64,000 nt of DNA, taken from the NCBI GenBank assembly GCA_964016885.1, contig OZ024740.1:8804001-8868000 (forward strand), written 5' to 3'. Below, in pieces: positions 1 through 15,197 of this stretch. The DNA comes from Eledone cirrhosa (Eukaryota). The notes under the pieces are model-generated. The model saw only the letters and a program-made list of their open reading frames with translations. It was not told the origin of the DNA and searched no databases. The position numbers were made by a program, and so were the translations under genes. Position 1 is the first letter of the stretch. The number at the start of each line of letters is the position of its first letter.

Positions 1-1559
1 ATTTCGATTGGTATGTCAGTTTCGATTTGTATATCAGTTTCGATTGGTATGTCAGTTTCGATTGGTATGTCAGTTTCGATTGGTATGTCAGTTTCTATTG
101 GTATATCAGTTTCGATTCATATATCGGTTCCGATTAGTGTATCAGTTTCTATTGGTATGTCAATTTCGATTGGTATATCAGTTTCGATTTGTATATCAGT
201 TTCGATTGGTATGTCAGTTTCTATTGGTATATCCGTTTTGATTGGTATGTCAGTTTCAATTAGTATATCAGTTTCTATTGGTATGTCAGTTTCTATTGGT
301 ATATCAATTTCGATTGGTATATCAGTTTCGATTAATATGTCAGTTTCGATTCATATGTCAGTTTCGATTGGTATGTCAGTTTCGATTGGTATGTCAGTTT
401 CTATTGGTACGTCAGTTTCAATTGGTATATCAGTTTCAATTGGTATGTCAGTTTTATTGGTATGTCGATTTCGATTGGTATATCAGTTTCGATTGGTATG
501 TCAATTTCGATTGGTATGTCAGTTTCTATTGGTATGTCAGTTTCTATTGGTATATCCGTTTCAAATTGGTATATCAGTTTCGATTCGTATGTCAGTTTCT
601 ATTATTATGTCAGTTTGTATTGGTATATCAGTTTCAATTGGTATATCAGTTTCTATTGGTATGTCAGTTTTATTGGTATATCAGTTCCAATTAGTATGTC
701 AGTTTCGATTGGTATGTCAGTTTCTATTGGTATATCAGTTTCGATTGATATATCAGTTTCGATTAGTATATCAGCTTCTATTTGTATGTCAGTTTCTATT
801 GGTATATCAGTTTCGATTGGTATATCTGTTTCGATTCGTATGTCAGTTTCTATTATTATGTCAGTTTGTATTGGTATATCAGTTTCAATTGGTATATCAG
901 TTTCTATTTGGTATGTTAGTTTTATTTGTATGTCAGTTTCGATTGGTATATCAGTTTCTGTTGGTATATCAGTTTCGATTGGTATGTCAGTTTCTATTGG
1001 TATGTCAGTTTATAATTGTATCTCAGTTTCGATTGGTATGTCAGTTTCTATTGGTATATCAGTTTTGGTTTGTATGTTAGTTTCTATTGGTATGTCAGTT
1101 CCGATTGGTATGTTAGTCCTCGATTTGTATGTCAGTTTCTATTGGTATATCAATTTCGATTGGTATGTCAGTTTCTATTGGTATGTCAGTTTCTATTGGT
1201 ATATCAGTTTCGATTGGTACGTCAGTTTCAATTAGTATATCAGTTTCGATTAGTATGTCAGTTTCGAATCATATGTCAGTTTCGATTGGTATGTCAGTTT
1301 CGATTGGTATGTCAGTTTCTATTGGTATGTCAGTTTCAATTGGTATATCAGTTTCAATTGGTATGTCAGTTTTATTGGTATGTCAATTTCGATTGGTATA
1401 TCAGTTTCGATTGGTATGTCAATTTCGATTGGTATGTCAGTTTAGATTTGTATATCAGTTTCGATTGGTATGTCAGTTTCGATTGGTATGTCAGTTTCGA
1501 TTGGTATGTCAGTTTCTATTGGTATATCAATTTCGATTCATATATCGGATTCAATTAGT

Positions 1560-2680
1560 ATATCAGTTTCTATTGATCTGTCAGTTTCGATTAGTATATC
1601 AGCTTCTATTTGTATGTCAGTTTCAATTGGTATGTCAGTTTCTATTGGTATATCAGTTTCAATTGGTATATCAGTTTCGATTTGTATGTCAGTTTCTATT
1701 ATTATGTCAGTTTGTATTGGTATATCAGTTTCAATTGGTATATCAGTTTCTATTGGTATGTCAGTTTTATTGGTATGTCAGTTTCGATTGGTATATCAGT
1801 TTCTGTTGGTATGTCAATTTCGATTAGTATGTCAGTTTATATTGGTATATCAGTTTCGATTGGTATATCAGTTTCTATTGGTATGTCAGTTTTGACTAGT
1901 ATATCAGTCTCTATTGGTATGTCAGTTTCGATTGGTATGTCTATTTCGAATGGTATATCAGTTTTGATTGGTATATCAGTTTCTATTGGTATATCAGTTC
2001 CAATTAGTATATCAGTTTCGATTGGTATGTCAGTTTCTATTGGTATATCAGTTTCGATTGATATATCAGTTTTGATTAGTATGTCAGTTTCTATTGGCAT
2101 GTCAGTTTCGATTCGTATGTCCGTTTCGATTAGTATATCAGCTTCTATTTGTATGTCAGTTTCAATTGGTATGTCAGTTTCTATTGGTATATCAGTTTCA
2201 ATTGGTATATCAGTTTCGATTTGTATGTCAGTTTCTATTATTATGTCAGTTTGTATTGGTATATCAGTTTCAATTGGTATATCAGTTTCTATTGGTATGT
2301 CAGTTTTATTGGTATGTCAGTTTCGATTGGTATATCAGTTTCTGTTGGTATGTCAATTTCGATTAGTATGTCAGTTTATATTGGTATATCAGTTTCGATT
2401 GGTATATCAGTTTCTATTGGTATATCAGTTTTGACTAGTATATCAGTCTCTATTGGTATGTCAGTTTCGATTGGTATGTCTATTTCGAATGGTATATCAG
2501 TTTTGATTGGTATATCAGTTTCTATTGGTATATCAGTTCCAATTAGTATATCAGTTTCGATTGGTATGTCAGTTTCTATTGGTATATCAGTTTCGATTGA
2601 TATATCAGTTTTGATTAGTATGTCAGTTTCTATTGGCATGTCAGTTTCGATTCGTATGTCCGTTTCGATTAGTATATCAG
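1560..2680 (+). repeat. 539-bp (30-monomer) local tandem duplication within satellite; boundaries approximate
   Basis: ORF pairs 1610/2149 and 1837/2376 are offset by exactly 539 bp and share rare variants (ttgactagt, tctatttcgaatgg, ggcatg). Confidence 0.85.
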
Positions 2681-5600
2681 TTTCTGTTGGTATACCATTT
2701 TTCGTTTGGTATGTTAGTTTCTAATGGTATGTCAGTATATATTTGTATGTCAGTTTCGATTGGTATGTCAGTTTCCATTGGTATGTCTGTTTCGATTAGT
2801 ATATCAGTTTCTATTGGTATATCAGTTTCGATTGGTATGTTACTCCTCAATTGGTATATCAGTTTCGATTGGTATATCAGTTTTTATTGGTATATCAGTT
2901 TCGATTGGTATGTTAGTCCTCGATTTGATGTCAGTTTCTATTGGTATATCAATTTCGATTGGTATGTCATTTTCTGTTGGTATGTCAATTTCGATTGGTA
3001 TGTCACTTTCTATTGGTATATCAGTTTCTATTGATATATCAGTTTCTATTGGTATGTCAGTTTCGATTAGTATATCAGTTTCTATTGGTATATCAGTTTC
3101 GATTGGTATGTTAGTCCTCGCTTTGATGTCAGTTTCTATTGGTATATCAATTTCGATTGGTATGTCATTTTCTGTTGGTATGTCAATTTCGATTGGTATG
3201 TCACTTTCTATTGGTATATCAGTTTCTATTGATATATCAGTTTCGATTGGTATGTCAGTTTCGATTAGTAAATCAGTTTCTATTTGTATGTCAGTTTCTA
3301 TTGGTATATCAGTTTTGATTGGTATATCAGTTTAAATTGGTATGTCAATTTCGATTGGTATGTCAGTTTCGATTTGTATATCAGTTTCAATTGGTATATC
3401 AGTTTCGATTGGTATATCAGTTTCGATTCGTATGTCAGTTTCTATTATTATGTCAGTTTGTATTGGTATATCAGTTTCAAGTGGTATATCAGTTTCTATT
3501 GGTATGTCAGTTTTATTGGTATGTCAGTTTCGATTGGTATGTCAGTTTCTATTGGTATATCAATTTCGATTCATATATCGGTTTCAATTAGTATATCAGT
3601 TTCTATTGGTATATCAGTTTCTATTGGTATGTCAGTTTTGACTAGTATATCAGTCTCTATTGGTATGTCAGTTTCGATTGGTATGTCTATTTTGAATGGT
3701 ATATTAGTTTTGATTGGTATATCAGTTTCTATTGGTATATCAGTTCCGATTGGTATATCAGTTTCGATTGGTATGTCAGTTTCTATTGGTATGTCAGTTT
3801 CGATTGGCATGTCAGTTTCTATTGGTATATCAGTTTCGATTCATATATCGGTTCCGATTAGTATATCAGTTTCTATTGATGTGTCAGTTTCGATTAGTAT
3901 ATCAGCTTCTATATGTATGTCAGTTTCGATTGGTATGTCAGTTTCTATTGGTATATCAGTTTCAATTGGTATATCAGTTTCGATTGGTATATCAGTTTCG
4001 ATTCGTATGTCAGTTTCTATTATTATGTCAGTTTGTATTGGTATATCAGTTTCAATTTGTATATCAGTTTCTATTTGGTATGTTAGTTTTATTTGTATGT
4101 CAGTTTCGATTGGTATATCAGTTTCTGTTGGTATGTCAATTTCGATTAGTATGTCAGTTTCTATTGGTATATCAGTTTCGATTTGTATATCAGTTTCGAT
4201 TGGTATGTCAGTTTCGATTGGTATGTCAGTTTCGATTGGTATGTCAGTTTCTATTGGTATATCAGTTTCGATTCATATATCGGTTCCGATTGGTATATCA
4301 GTTTCTATTGGTATGTCAATTTCGATTGGTATGCCAGTTTCGATTTGTATATCAGTTTCGATTGGTATGTCAGTTTCAATTAGTATATCAGTTTCTATTG
4401 GTATGTCAGTTTCTATTGGTATATCAATTTCGATTGGTATATCAGTTTCGATTAATATGTCAGTTTCGATTCATATGTCAGTTTCTATTGGTATGTCAGT
4501 TTCGATTGGTATGTCAGTTTCTATTGGTACATCAGTTTCAATTGGTATATCAGTTTCAATTGGTATGTCAGTTTTATTGGTATGTCAATTTCGATTGGTA
4601 TATCAGTTTCGATTGGTATGTCAATTTCGATTGGTATGTCAGTTTAGATTTGTATATCAGTTTCGATTGGTATGTCACTTTCGATTGGTATGTCAGTTTC
4701 TATTGGTATGTCAGTTTCTATTGGTATATCCGTTTCAAATTGGTATATCAGTTTCGATTCGTATGTCAGTTTCTATTATTATGTCAGTTTGTATTGGTAT
4801 ATCAGTTTCAATTGGTATATCAGTTTCTATTGGTATGTCAGTTTTATTGGTATGTCAGTTTCGATTGGTATATCAGTTTCTGCTGGTATGTCAATTTCGA
4901 TTTGTATGGCAATTTATATTGGTATATCAGTTTCGATTGGTATGTCAATTTATATTGGTATGTCAGTTTCGATTGGTATGTCTATTTCGATTGGTATATC
5001 AGTTTCTATTTGTATGTCAGTCTCGATTGATATATCAGTTTTGATTGGTATATCAGTTTCTATTGGTATATCAGTTCCGATTAGTATATCAGTTTCGATT
5101 GGTATGTCAGTTTCTATTGGTATATCAGTTTCGATTGATATTTCAGTTTTGATTAGTATGTCAGTTTCTATTGGTATGTCAGTTTCGATTAGTATATCAG
5201 TTTCTATTGGTATATCAGTTTATATTTGTATGTCAGTTTCGATTGGTATGTCAGTTTCTACTTGTATATCAGTTTTGATTTGTATGTTAGTTTCTATTGG
5301 TATGTCAGTTCCGATTGGTATGTTAGTCCTCGATTTGTATGTCAGTTTCTATTGGTATATCAATTTCGATTGGTATGTCAGTTTCTATTGGTATATTAGT
5401 TTCGATTGGTATGTCAATTTCAATTAGTATATCAGTTTCTATTGGTATGTCAGTTTCTATTGGTATATCAATTTTGATTGGTATATCAGTTCCGATTAGT
5501 ATGTCAGTTTCGATTCATACGTCAGTTTCGATTGGTATGTCAGTTTCGATTTGTATGTCAGTTTCGATTGGTATATCAGTTTCGATTAGTATGTCAGTTT

Positions 5601-6322
5601 CTATTGGTATATCAGTTTCTATTGGTATGTCAGTTTTGATTGGTATGACAGTTTCTATTGGTATATCAGTTTCGATTGGTATATCAATTTCTATTGGTAT
5701 ATCAGTTCCGATTGGTATATCAGTGTCGATTGGTATGTCAGTTTCGATTAGTATATCAGTTTCTATTGGTATGTTAGTTTTGATTGGTATGTCAGTTTCT
5801 ATTGGTATATCAGTTTCTATTTGTATATCAGTTTCTATTGGTATGTTAGTTTCTATTGGTATATCAGTTTTGATTGGTATGTTAGTTTCTATTGGTATGT
5901 CAGTTTCGATTAGTATATCAGTTTCTATTAGTACGTCAGTTTCGATTTGTATGTCAATTTCTATTGGTATATCAATTTCGATTGGTAGGTCAGTTTCTAT
6001 TGGTATATCAGTTTCTATTTGTATGTCAGTTTTGATTGGTATGTCAGTTTCTATTGGTATATCAGTTTCGATTGGTATATCAGTCTCTATTGTTATATCA
6101 GTTCCGATTGGTATATCAGTTTCGATTAGTATATCAGTTTCTATTGGTATATCAGTACCGATTAGTAAATCAGTTTCTATTTGTATGTCAGTTTCTATTG
6201 GTATATCAATTTCGATTCATATATCGGTTTCAATTAGTATATCAGTTTCTATTGATCTGTCAGTTTCGATTAGTATATCAGCTTCTATTTGTATGTCAGT
6301 ATTGATTGGTATGTCAGTTTCT

Positions 6323-9300
6323 ATTGGTATATCAGTTCCAATTAGTATGTCAGTTTCGATTGGTATGTCATTTTCTATTGGTATATCAGTTTCGATTGAT
6401 ATATCAGTTTCGATTAGTATATCAGCTTCTATTTGTATGTCAGTTTCGATTGGTATGTCAGTTTCTATTAGTATATCAGTTTCAATTGGTATATCAGTTT
6501 CGATTGGTATATCAGTTTCGATTCGTATGTCAGTTTCTATTATTATGTCAGTTTGTATTGGTATATCAGTTTCAAGTGGTATATCAGTTTCTATTGGTAT
6601 GTCAGTTTTATTGGTATGTCAGTTTCGATTGGTATGTCAGTTTCTATTGGTATATCAATTTCGATTCATATATCGGTTTCAATTAGTATATCAGTTTCTA
6701 TCGATCTGTCAGTTTCGATTAGTATATCAGCTTCTATTTGTATGTCAGTTTCGATTGGTATGTCAGTTTCTATTGGTATATCAGTTTCAATTGGTATATC
6801 AGTTTTGATTCGTATGTCAGTTTCTATTATTATGTCAGTTTGTATTGGTATATCAGTTTCAATTGGTATATCAGTTTCTATTGGTATGTCAGTTTTATTG
6901 GTATGTCAGTTTCGATTGGTATATCAGTTCCTGTTGGTATGTCAATTTCGACTAGTATGTCAGTTTATATTGGTATATCAGTTTCGATTGGTATATCAGT
7001 TTCTATTGGTATGTCAGTTTTGACTAGTATATCAGTCTGTATTGGTATGTCAGTTTCGATTGTTATGTCTATTTCGAATGGTATATCAGTTTTGATTGGT
7101 ATATCAGTTTCTATTGGTATATCAGTTTCGATTGGTATGTCAGTTTCTATTGGTATGTCAGTTTTGACTAGTATATCAGTCTCTATTTGTATATCAGTTT
7201 CAATTGGTATGTCAGTTTCTATTGGTATATCAGTTTTGATTGGTATGTTAGTTTCTATTGGTATGTCAGTTCCGATTGGTATGTTAGTCCTCGATTTGTA
7301 TGTCAGTTTCTATTGGTATATCAATTTCGATTGGTATGTCAGTTTCGATTGGTATGTCAGTTTCAATTAGTATATCAGTTTCTATTGGTATGTCAGTTTC
7401 TATTGGTATATCAATTTCGATTGGTATATCAGTTTCGATTAGTATGTCAGTTTCGATTCATATGTCAGTTTCGATTGGTATGCCAGTTTCGATTGGTATG
7501 TCAGTTTCTATTGGTATGTCAGTTTCAATTGGTATATCAGTTTCAATTGGTATGTCAGTTTTATTGGTATGTCAATTTCGATTGGTATATCAGTTTCGAT
7601 TGGTATGTCAGTTTCGATTGGTATATCAGTTTCTATTGGTATATCAATTTCGATTCATATATCGGTTTCAATTAGTATATCAGTTTCTATTGATCTGTCA
7701 GTTTTGATTAGTATATCAGCTTCTATTTGTATGTCAGTTTCAATTGGTATGTCAGTTTCTATTGGTATATCAGTTTCAATTGGTATATCAGTTTCGATTC
7801 GTATGTCAGTTTCTATTATTACGTCAGTTTGTATTGGTATATCAGTTTCAATTGGTATATCAGTTTCTATTGGTATGTCAGTTTTATTGGTATGTCAGTT
7901 TCGATTGGTATATCAGTTTCTGTTGGTATGTCAATTTCGATTAGTATGTCAGTCTCTATTGGTATGTCAGTTTCGATTGGTATGTCTATTTCGAATGGTA
8001 TATCAGTTTTGATTGGTATATCAGTTTCTATTGGTATATCAGTTCCAATTAGTATATCAGTTTCGATTGGTATGTCAGTTTCTATTGGTATATCAGTTTC
8101 GATTGATATATCAGTTTTGATTAGTATGTCAGTTTCTATTGGCATGTCAGTTTCGATTCGTATGTCCGTTTCGATTAGTATATCAGTTTCTGTTGGTATA
8201 CCATTTTTCGTTTGGTATGTTAGTTTCTAATGGTATGTCAGTATATATTTGTATGTCAGTTTCGATTGGTATGTCAGTTTCCATTGGTATATCAGTTTCG
8301 ATTGGTATGTTACTCCTCGATTGGTATATCAGTTTCGATTGGTATATCAGTTTTTATTGGTATGTTAGTTTCTATTGGTATGTCAGTTTCGATTAGTATA
8401 TCAGTTTCTATTGGTATATCAGTTTCGATTGGTATGTTAGTCCTCGATTTGTATGTCAGTTTCTATTGGTATATAAATTTCGATTGGTATGTCAGTTTCT
8501 GTTGGTATGTCAATTTCGATTGGTATGTCAGTTTCTATTGGTATATCAGTTTCTATTGATATATCAGTTTTGATTGGTATGTCAGTTTCGATTAGTAAAT
8601 CAGTTTCTATTTGTATGTCAGTTTCTATTGGTATGTCAGTTTCGATTGGTATGTCAGTTTCTATTGGTATATCAGTTTCGATTCATATATCGGTTCCGAT
8701 TAGTATATCAGTTTCTATTGATGTGTCAGTTTCGATTAGTATATCAGCTTCTATTTGTATGTCAGTTTCGATTGGTATGTCAGTTTCTATTGGTAGATCA
8801 GTTTCAATTGGTATATCATTTTCGATTGGTATATCAGTTTCGATTCATCTGTCAGTTTCTATTATTATGTCAGTATGTATTGGTATATCAGTTTCGATTG
8901 ATATATCAGTTTCTGTTGGTATGTCAATTTCGATTGGTATGTCAGTTTCGATTTGTATATCAGTTTCGATTGCTATGTCAATTTCGATTGGTATGTCAGT
9001 TTCGATTTGTATGTCAGTTTCGATTGGTATGTCAGTTTCGATTGGTATGTCAGTTTCTATTGGTATATCAGTTTCGATTCATATATCGGTTCCGATTAGT
9101 ATATCAGTTTCTATTGACGTGTCAGTTTCGATTAGTATATCAGCTTCTATTTGTATGTCAGTTTCGATTGGTATGTCAGTTTCTATTGGTAGATCAGTTT
9201 CAATTGGTATATCATTTTCTATTGGTATATCAGTTTCGATTCATCTGTCAGTTTCTATTATTATGTCAGTATGTATTGGTATATCAGTTTCGATTGATAT

Positions 9301-12300
9301 ATCAGTTTCTGTTGGTATGTCAAATTCGATTAGTATGTCAGTTTCTATTGGTATATCAGTTTCGATTGGTATGTCAGTTTTTATTGGTATGTCAGTTTTG
9401 ACTAGTATATCAGTCCCTATTGGTATATCAGTTTCAATTGGTATGTCAGTTTCTATTGGTATATCAGTTTTGATTGGTATGTTAGTTTCTATTAGTATGT
9501 CAGTTGCGATGGGTATGTTAGTCCTCGAGTATTATGTCAGTTTATATTGGTATATCAATTTCGATTGGTATGTCAGTTTCTATTGGTATGTCAGTTTCTA
9601 TTGGTATATCCGTTTCGATTGGTATGTCAGTTTCAATTAGTATATCAGTTTCTATTGGTATGTCAGTTTCTATTGGTATATCAATTTCGATTGGTATATC
9701 AGTTTCGATTAATATCTCCGTTTCGATTCATATGTCAGTTTCGATTGGTATGTCAGTTTCTAGTGGTATATCAATTTCGATTGGTGTGTCAGTTTCTGTT
9801 GGTATGTCAATTTCGATTGGTATGTCAGTTTCTATTGGTATATCAGTTTCTATTGATATATCAGTTTCGATTGGTATGTCAGTTTCGATTAGTAAATCAG
9901 TTTCTATTTGTACGTCAGTTTCTATTGGTAAATCAGTTTCGATTGGTATATCAGTTTCGATTGGTATGTCAATTTCGATTGGTATGTCAGTTTCGATTTG
10001 TATATCAGTTTCGATTGGTATGTCAGTTTCGATTGGTATGTCAGTTTCGATTGGTATGTCAGTTTCTATTGGTATATCAGTTTCGATTCATATATCGGTT
10101 CCGATTAGTGTATCAGTTTCTATTGGTATGTCAATTTCGATTGGTATATCAGTTTCGATTTGTATATCAGTTTCGATTGGTATGTCAGTTTCTATTGGTA
10201 TATCCGTTTTGATTGGTATGTCAGTTTCAATTAGTATATCAGTTTCTATTGGTATGTCAGTTTCTATTGGTATATCAATTTCGATTGGTATATCAGTTTC
10301 GATTAATATGTCAGTTTCGATTCATATGTCAGTTTCGATTGGTATGTCAGTTTCGATTGGTATGTCAGTTTCTATTGGTACGTCAGTTTCAATTGGTATA
10401 TCAGTTTCAATTGGTATGTCAGTTTTATTGGTATGTCGATTTCGATTGGTATATCAGTTTCGATTGGTATGTCAATTTCGATTGGTATGTCAGTTTCTAT
10501 TGGTATGTCAGTTTCTATTGGTATATCCGTTTCAAATTGGTATATCAGTTTCGATTCGTATGTCAGTTTCTATTATTATGTCAGTTTGTATTGGTATATC
10601 AGTTTCAATTGGTATATCAGTTTCTATTGGTATGTCAGTTTTATTGGTATATCAGTTCCAATTAGTATGTCAGTTTCGATTGGTATGTCAGTTTCTATTG
10701 GTATATCAGTTTCGATTGATATATCAGTTTCGATTAGTATATCAGCTTCTATTTGTATGTCAGTTTCGATTGGTATGTCAGTTTCTATTAGTATATCAGT
10801 TTCAATTGGTATATCAGTTTCGATTGGTATATCAGTTTCGATTCGTATGTCAGTTTCTATTATTATGTCAGTTTGTATTGGTATATCAGTTGCAAGTGGT
10901 ATATCAGTTTCTATTGGTATGTCAGTTTTATTGGTATGTCAGTTTCGATTGGTATGTCAGTTTCTATTGGTATATCAATTTCGATTCATATATCGGTTTC
11001 AATTAGTATATCAGTTTCTATCGATCTGTCAGTTTCGATTAGTATATCAGCTTCTATTTGTATGTCAGTTTCGATTGGTATGTCAGTTTCTATTGGTATA
11101 TCAGTTTCAATTGGTATATCAGTTTCGATTCGTATGTCAGTTTCTATTATTATGTCAGTTTGTATTGGTATATCAGTTTCAATTGGTATATCAGTTTCTA
11201 TTGGTATGTCAGTGTTATTGGTATGTCAGTTTCGATTGGTATATCAGTTTCTGTTGGTATGTCAATTTCGACTAGTATGTCAGTTTATATTGGTATATCA
11301 GTTTCGATTGGTATATCAGTTTCTATTGGTATGTCAGTTTTGACTAGTATATCAGTCTGTATTGGTATGTCAGTTTCGATTGTTATGTCTATTTCGAATG
11401 GTATATCAGTTTTGATTGGTATATCAGTTTCTATTGGTATATCAGTTTCGATTGGTATGTCAGTTTCTGTTGGTATGTCAATTTCGATTAGTATGTCAGT
11501 TTCTATTGGTATATCAGTTTCGATTGGTATGTCAGTTTCTATTGGTATGTCAGTTTTGACTAGTATATCAGTCTCTATTTGTATATCAGTTTCAATTGGT
11601 ATGTCAGTTTCTATTGGTATATCAGTTTTGATTGGTATGTTAGTTTCTATTGGTATGTCAGTTCCGATTGGTATGTTAGTCCTCGATTTGTATGTCAGTT
11701 TCTATTGGTATATCAATTTCGATTGGTATGTCAGTTTCGATTGGTATGTCAGTTTCAATTTGTATATCAGTTTCTATTGGTATGTCTGTTTCTATTGGTA
11801 TATCAATTTCGATTGGTATATCAGTTTCGATTAGTATGTCAGTTTCGATTCATATGTCAGTTTCGATTGGTATGCCAGTTTCGATTGGTATGTCAGTTTC
11901 TATTGGTATGTCAGTTTCAATTGGTAAATCAGTTTCAATTGGTATGTCAGTTTTATTGGTATGTCAATTTCGATTGGTATATCAGTTTCGATTGGTATGT
12001 CAGTTTCGATTGGTATGTCAGTTTCGATTGGTATATCAGTTTCTATTGGTATATCAATTTCGATTCATATATCGGTTTCAATTAGTATATCAGTTTCTAT
12101 TGATCTGTCAGTTTTGATTAGTATATCAGCTTCTATTTGTATGTCAGTTTCAATTGGTATGTCAGTTTCTATTGGTATATCAGTTTCAATTGGTATATCA
12201 GTTTCGATTCGTATGTCAGTTTCTATTATTACGTCAGTTTGTATTGGTATATCAGTTTCAATTGGTATATCAGTTTCTATTGGTATGTCAGTTTTATTGG

Positions 12301-15197
12301 TATGTCAGTTTCGATTGGTATATCAGTTTCTGTTGGTATGTCAATTTCGATTAGTATGTCAGTCTCTATTGGTATGTCAGTTTCGATTGGTATGTCTATT
12401 TCGAATGGTATATCAGTTTTGATTGGTATATCAGTTTCTATTGGTATATCAGTTCCAATTAGTATATCAGTTTCGATTGGTATGTCAGTTTTGATTAGTA
12501 TGTCAGTTTCGATTAGTATATCAGTTTCTGTTGGTATACCATTTTTCGTTTGGTATGTTAGTTTCTATTGGTATATCAGTTTCGATTGATATATCAGTTT
12601 TGATTAGTATGTCAGTTTCTATTGGCATGTCAGTTTCGATTCGTATGTCCGTTTCGATTAGTATATCAGTTTCTGTTGGTATACCATTTTTCGTTTGGTA
12701 TGTTAGTTTCTAATGGTATGTCAGTATATATTTGTATGTCAGTTTCGATTGGTATGTCAGTTTCCATTGGTATATCAGTTTCGATTGGTATGTTACTCCT
12801 CGATTGGTATATCAGTTTCGATTGGTATATCAGTTTTTATTGGTATGTTAGTTTCTATTGGTATGTCAGTTTCGATTAGTATATCAGTTTCTATTGGTAT
12901 ATCAGTTTCGATTGGTATGTTAGTCCTCGATTTGTATGTCAGTTTCTATTGGTATATAAATTTCGATTGGTATGTCAGTTTCTGTTGGTATGTCAATTTC
13001 GATTGGTATGTCAGTTTCTATTGGTATATCAGTTTCTATTGATATATCAGTTTTGATTGGTATGTCAGTTTCGATTAGTAAATCAGTTTCTATTTGTATG
13101 TCAGTTTCTATTGGTATGTCAGTTTCGATTGGTATGTCAGTTTCTATTGGTATATCAGTTTCGATTCATATATCGGTTCCGATTAGTATATCAGTTTCTA
13201 TTGATGTGTCAGTTTCGATTAGTATATCAGCTTCTATTAGTATGTCAGTTTCGATTGGTATGTCAGTTTCTATTGGTAGATCAGTTTCAATTGGTATATC
13301 ATTTTCGATTGGTATATCAGTTTCGATTCATCTGTCAGTTTCTATTATTATGTCAGTATGTATTGGTATATCAGTTTCGATTGATATATCAGTTTCTGTT
13401 GGTATGTCAATTTCGATTGGTATGTCAGTTTCGATTTGTATATCAGTTTCGATTGCTATGTCAATTTCGATTGGTATGTCAGTTTCGATTTGTATGTCAG
13501 TTTCGATTGGTATGTCAGTTTCGATTGGTATGTCAGTTTCTATTGGTATATGAGTTTCGATTCATATATCGGTTCCGATTAGTATATCAGTTTCTATTGA
13601 CGTGTCAGTTTCGATTAGTATATCAGCTTCTATTTGTATGTCAGTTTCGATTGGTATGTCAGTTTCTATTGGTAGATCAGTTTCAATTGGTATATCATTT
13701 TCGATTGGTATATCAGTTTCGATTCATCTGTCAGTTTCTATTATTATGTCAGTATGTATTGGTATATCAGTTTCGATTGATATATCAGTTTCTGTTGGTA
13801 TGTCAATTTCGATTAGTATGTCAGTTTCTATTGGTATATCAGTTTCGATTGGTATGTCAGTTTTTATTGGTATGTCAGTTTTGACTAGTATATCAGTCCC
13901 TATTGGTATATAAGTTTCAATTGGTATGTCAGTTTCTATTGGTATATCAGTTTTGATTGGTATGTTAGTTTCTATTAGTATGTCAGTTGCGATGGGTATG
14001 TTAGTCCTCGAGTATTATGTCAGTTTATATTGGTATATCAATCTCGATTGGTATGTCAGTTTCTATTGGTATGTCAGTTTCTATTGGTATATCCGTTTCG
14101 ATTGGTATGTCAGTTTCAATTAGTATATCAGTTTCTATTGGTATGTCAGTTTCTATTGGTATATCAATTTCGATTGGTATATCAGTTTCGATTAATATCT
14201 CAGTTTCGATTCATATGTCAGTTTCGATTGGTATGTCAGTTTCGATTGGTATGTCAGTTTCTAGTGGTATATCAATTTCGATTGGTGTGTCAGTTTCTGT
14301 TGGTATGTCAATTTCGATTGGTATGTCAGTTTCTATTGGTATATCAGTTTCTATTGATATATCAGTTTCGATTGGTATGTCAGTTTCGATTAGTAAATCA
14401 GTTTCTATTTGTACGTCAGTTTCTATTGGTAAATCAGTTTCGATTGGTATATCAGTTTCGATTGGTATGTCAATTTCGATTGGTATGTCAGTTTCGATTT
14501 GTATATCAGTTTCGATTGGTATGTCAGTTTCGATTGTTATGTCAGTTTCGATTGGTATGTCAGTTTCTATTGGTATATCAGTTTCGATTCATATATCGGT
14601 TCCGATTAGTATATCAGTTTCTATTGGTATGTCAATTTCGATTGGTATGTCAGTTTCGATTTGTATATCAGTTTCGATTGGTATGTCAGTTTCTATTGGT
14701 ATATCCGTTTTGATTGGTATGTCAGTTTCAATTAGTATATCAGTTTCTATTGGTATGTCAGTTTCTATTGGTATATCAATTTCGATTGGTATATCAGTTT
14801 CGATTAATATGTCAGTTTCGATTCATATGTCAGTTTCGATTGGTATGTCAGTTTCGATTGGTATGTCAGTTTCTATTGGTACGTCAGTTTCAATTGGTAT
14901 ATCAGTTTCAATTGGTATGTCAGTTTTATTGGTATGTCGATTTCGATTGGTATATCAGTTTCGATTGGTATGTCAATTTCGATTGGTATGTCAGTTTAGA
15001 TTTGTATATCAGTTTCGATTGTTATGTCACTTTCGATTGGTATGTCAGTTTCTATTGGTATGTCAGTTTCTATTGGTATATCCGTTTCAAATTGGTATAT
15101 CAGTTTCGATTCGTATGTCAGTTTCTATTATTATGTCAGTTTGTATTGGTATATCAGTTTCAATTGGTATATCAGTTTCTATTGGTATGTCAGTTTT
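6323..15197 (+). repeat. Higher-order tandem duplication of about 4.3-4.55 kb (6323-10642 / 10643-15197, approximate)
   Basis: Near-identical ORF pairs offset by 4320 (6553/10873), 4392 (7187/11579), 4483 (8139/12622, 9534/14017) and 4501 (10213/14714). Shared rare marker gttgcgatggg...cctcgagtatt near 9503 and 13986. The window start also matches at offset 9971 (242/10213). Confidence 0.85.

Noticed and set aside
2698-2716. CENP-B-box-like motif (TTCG.TTGG)
   Set aside because: Only the TTCG half matches; the CGGG half is absent.
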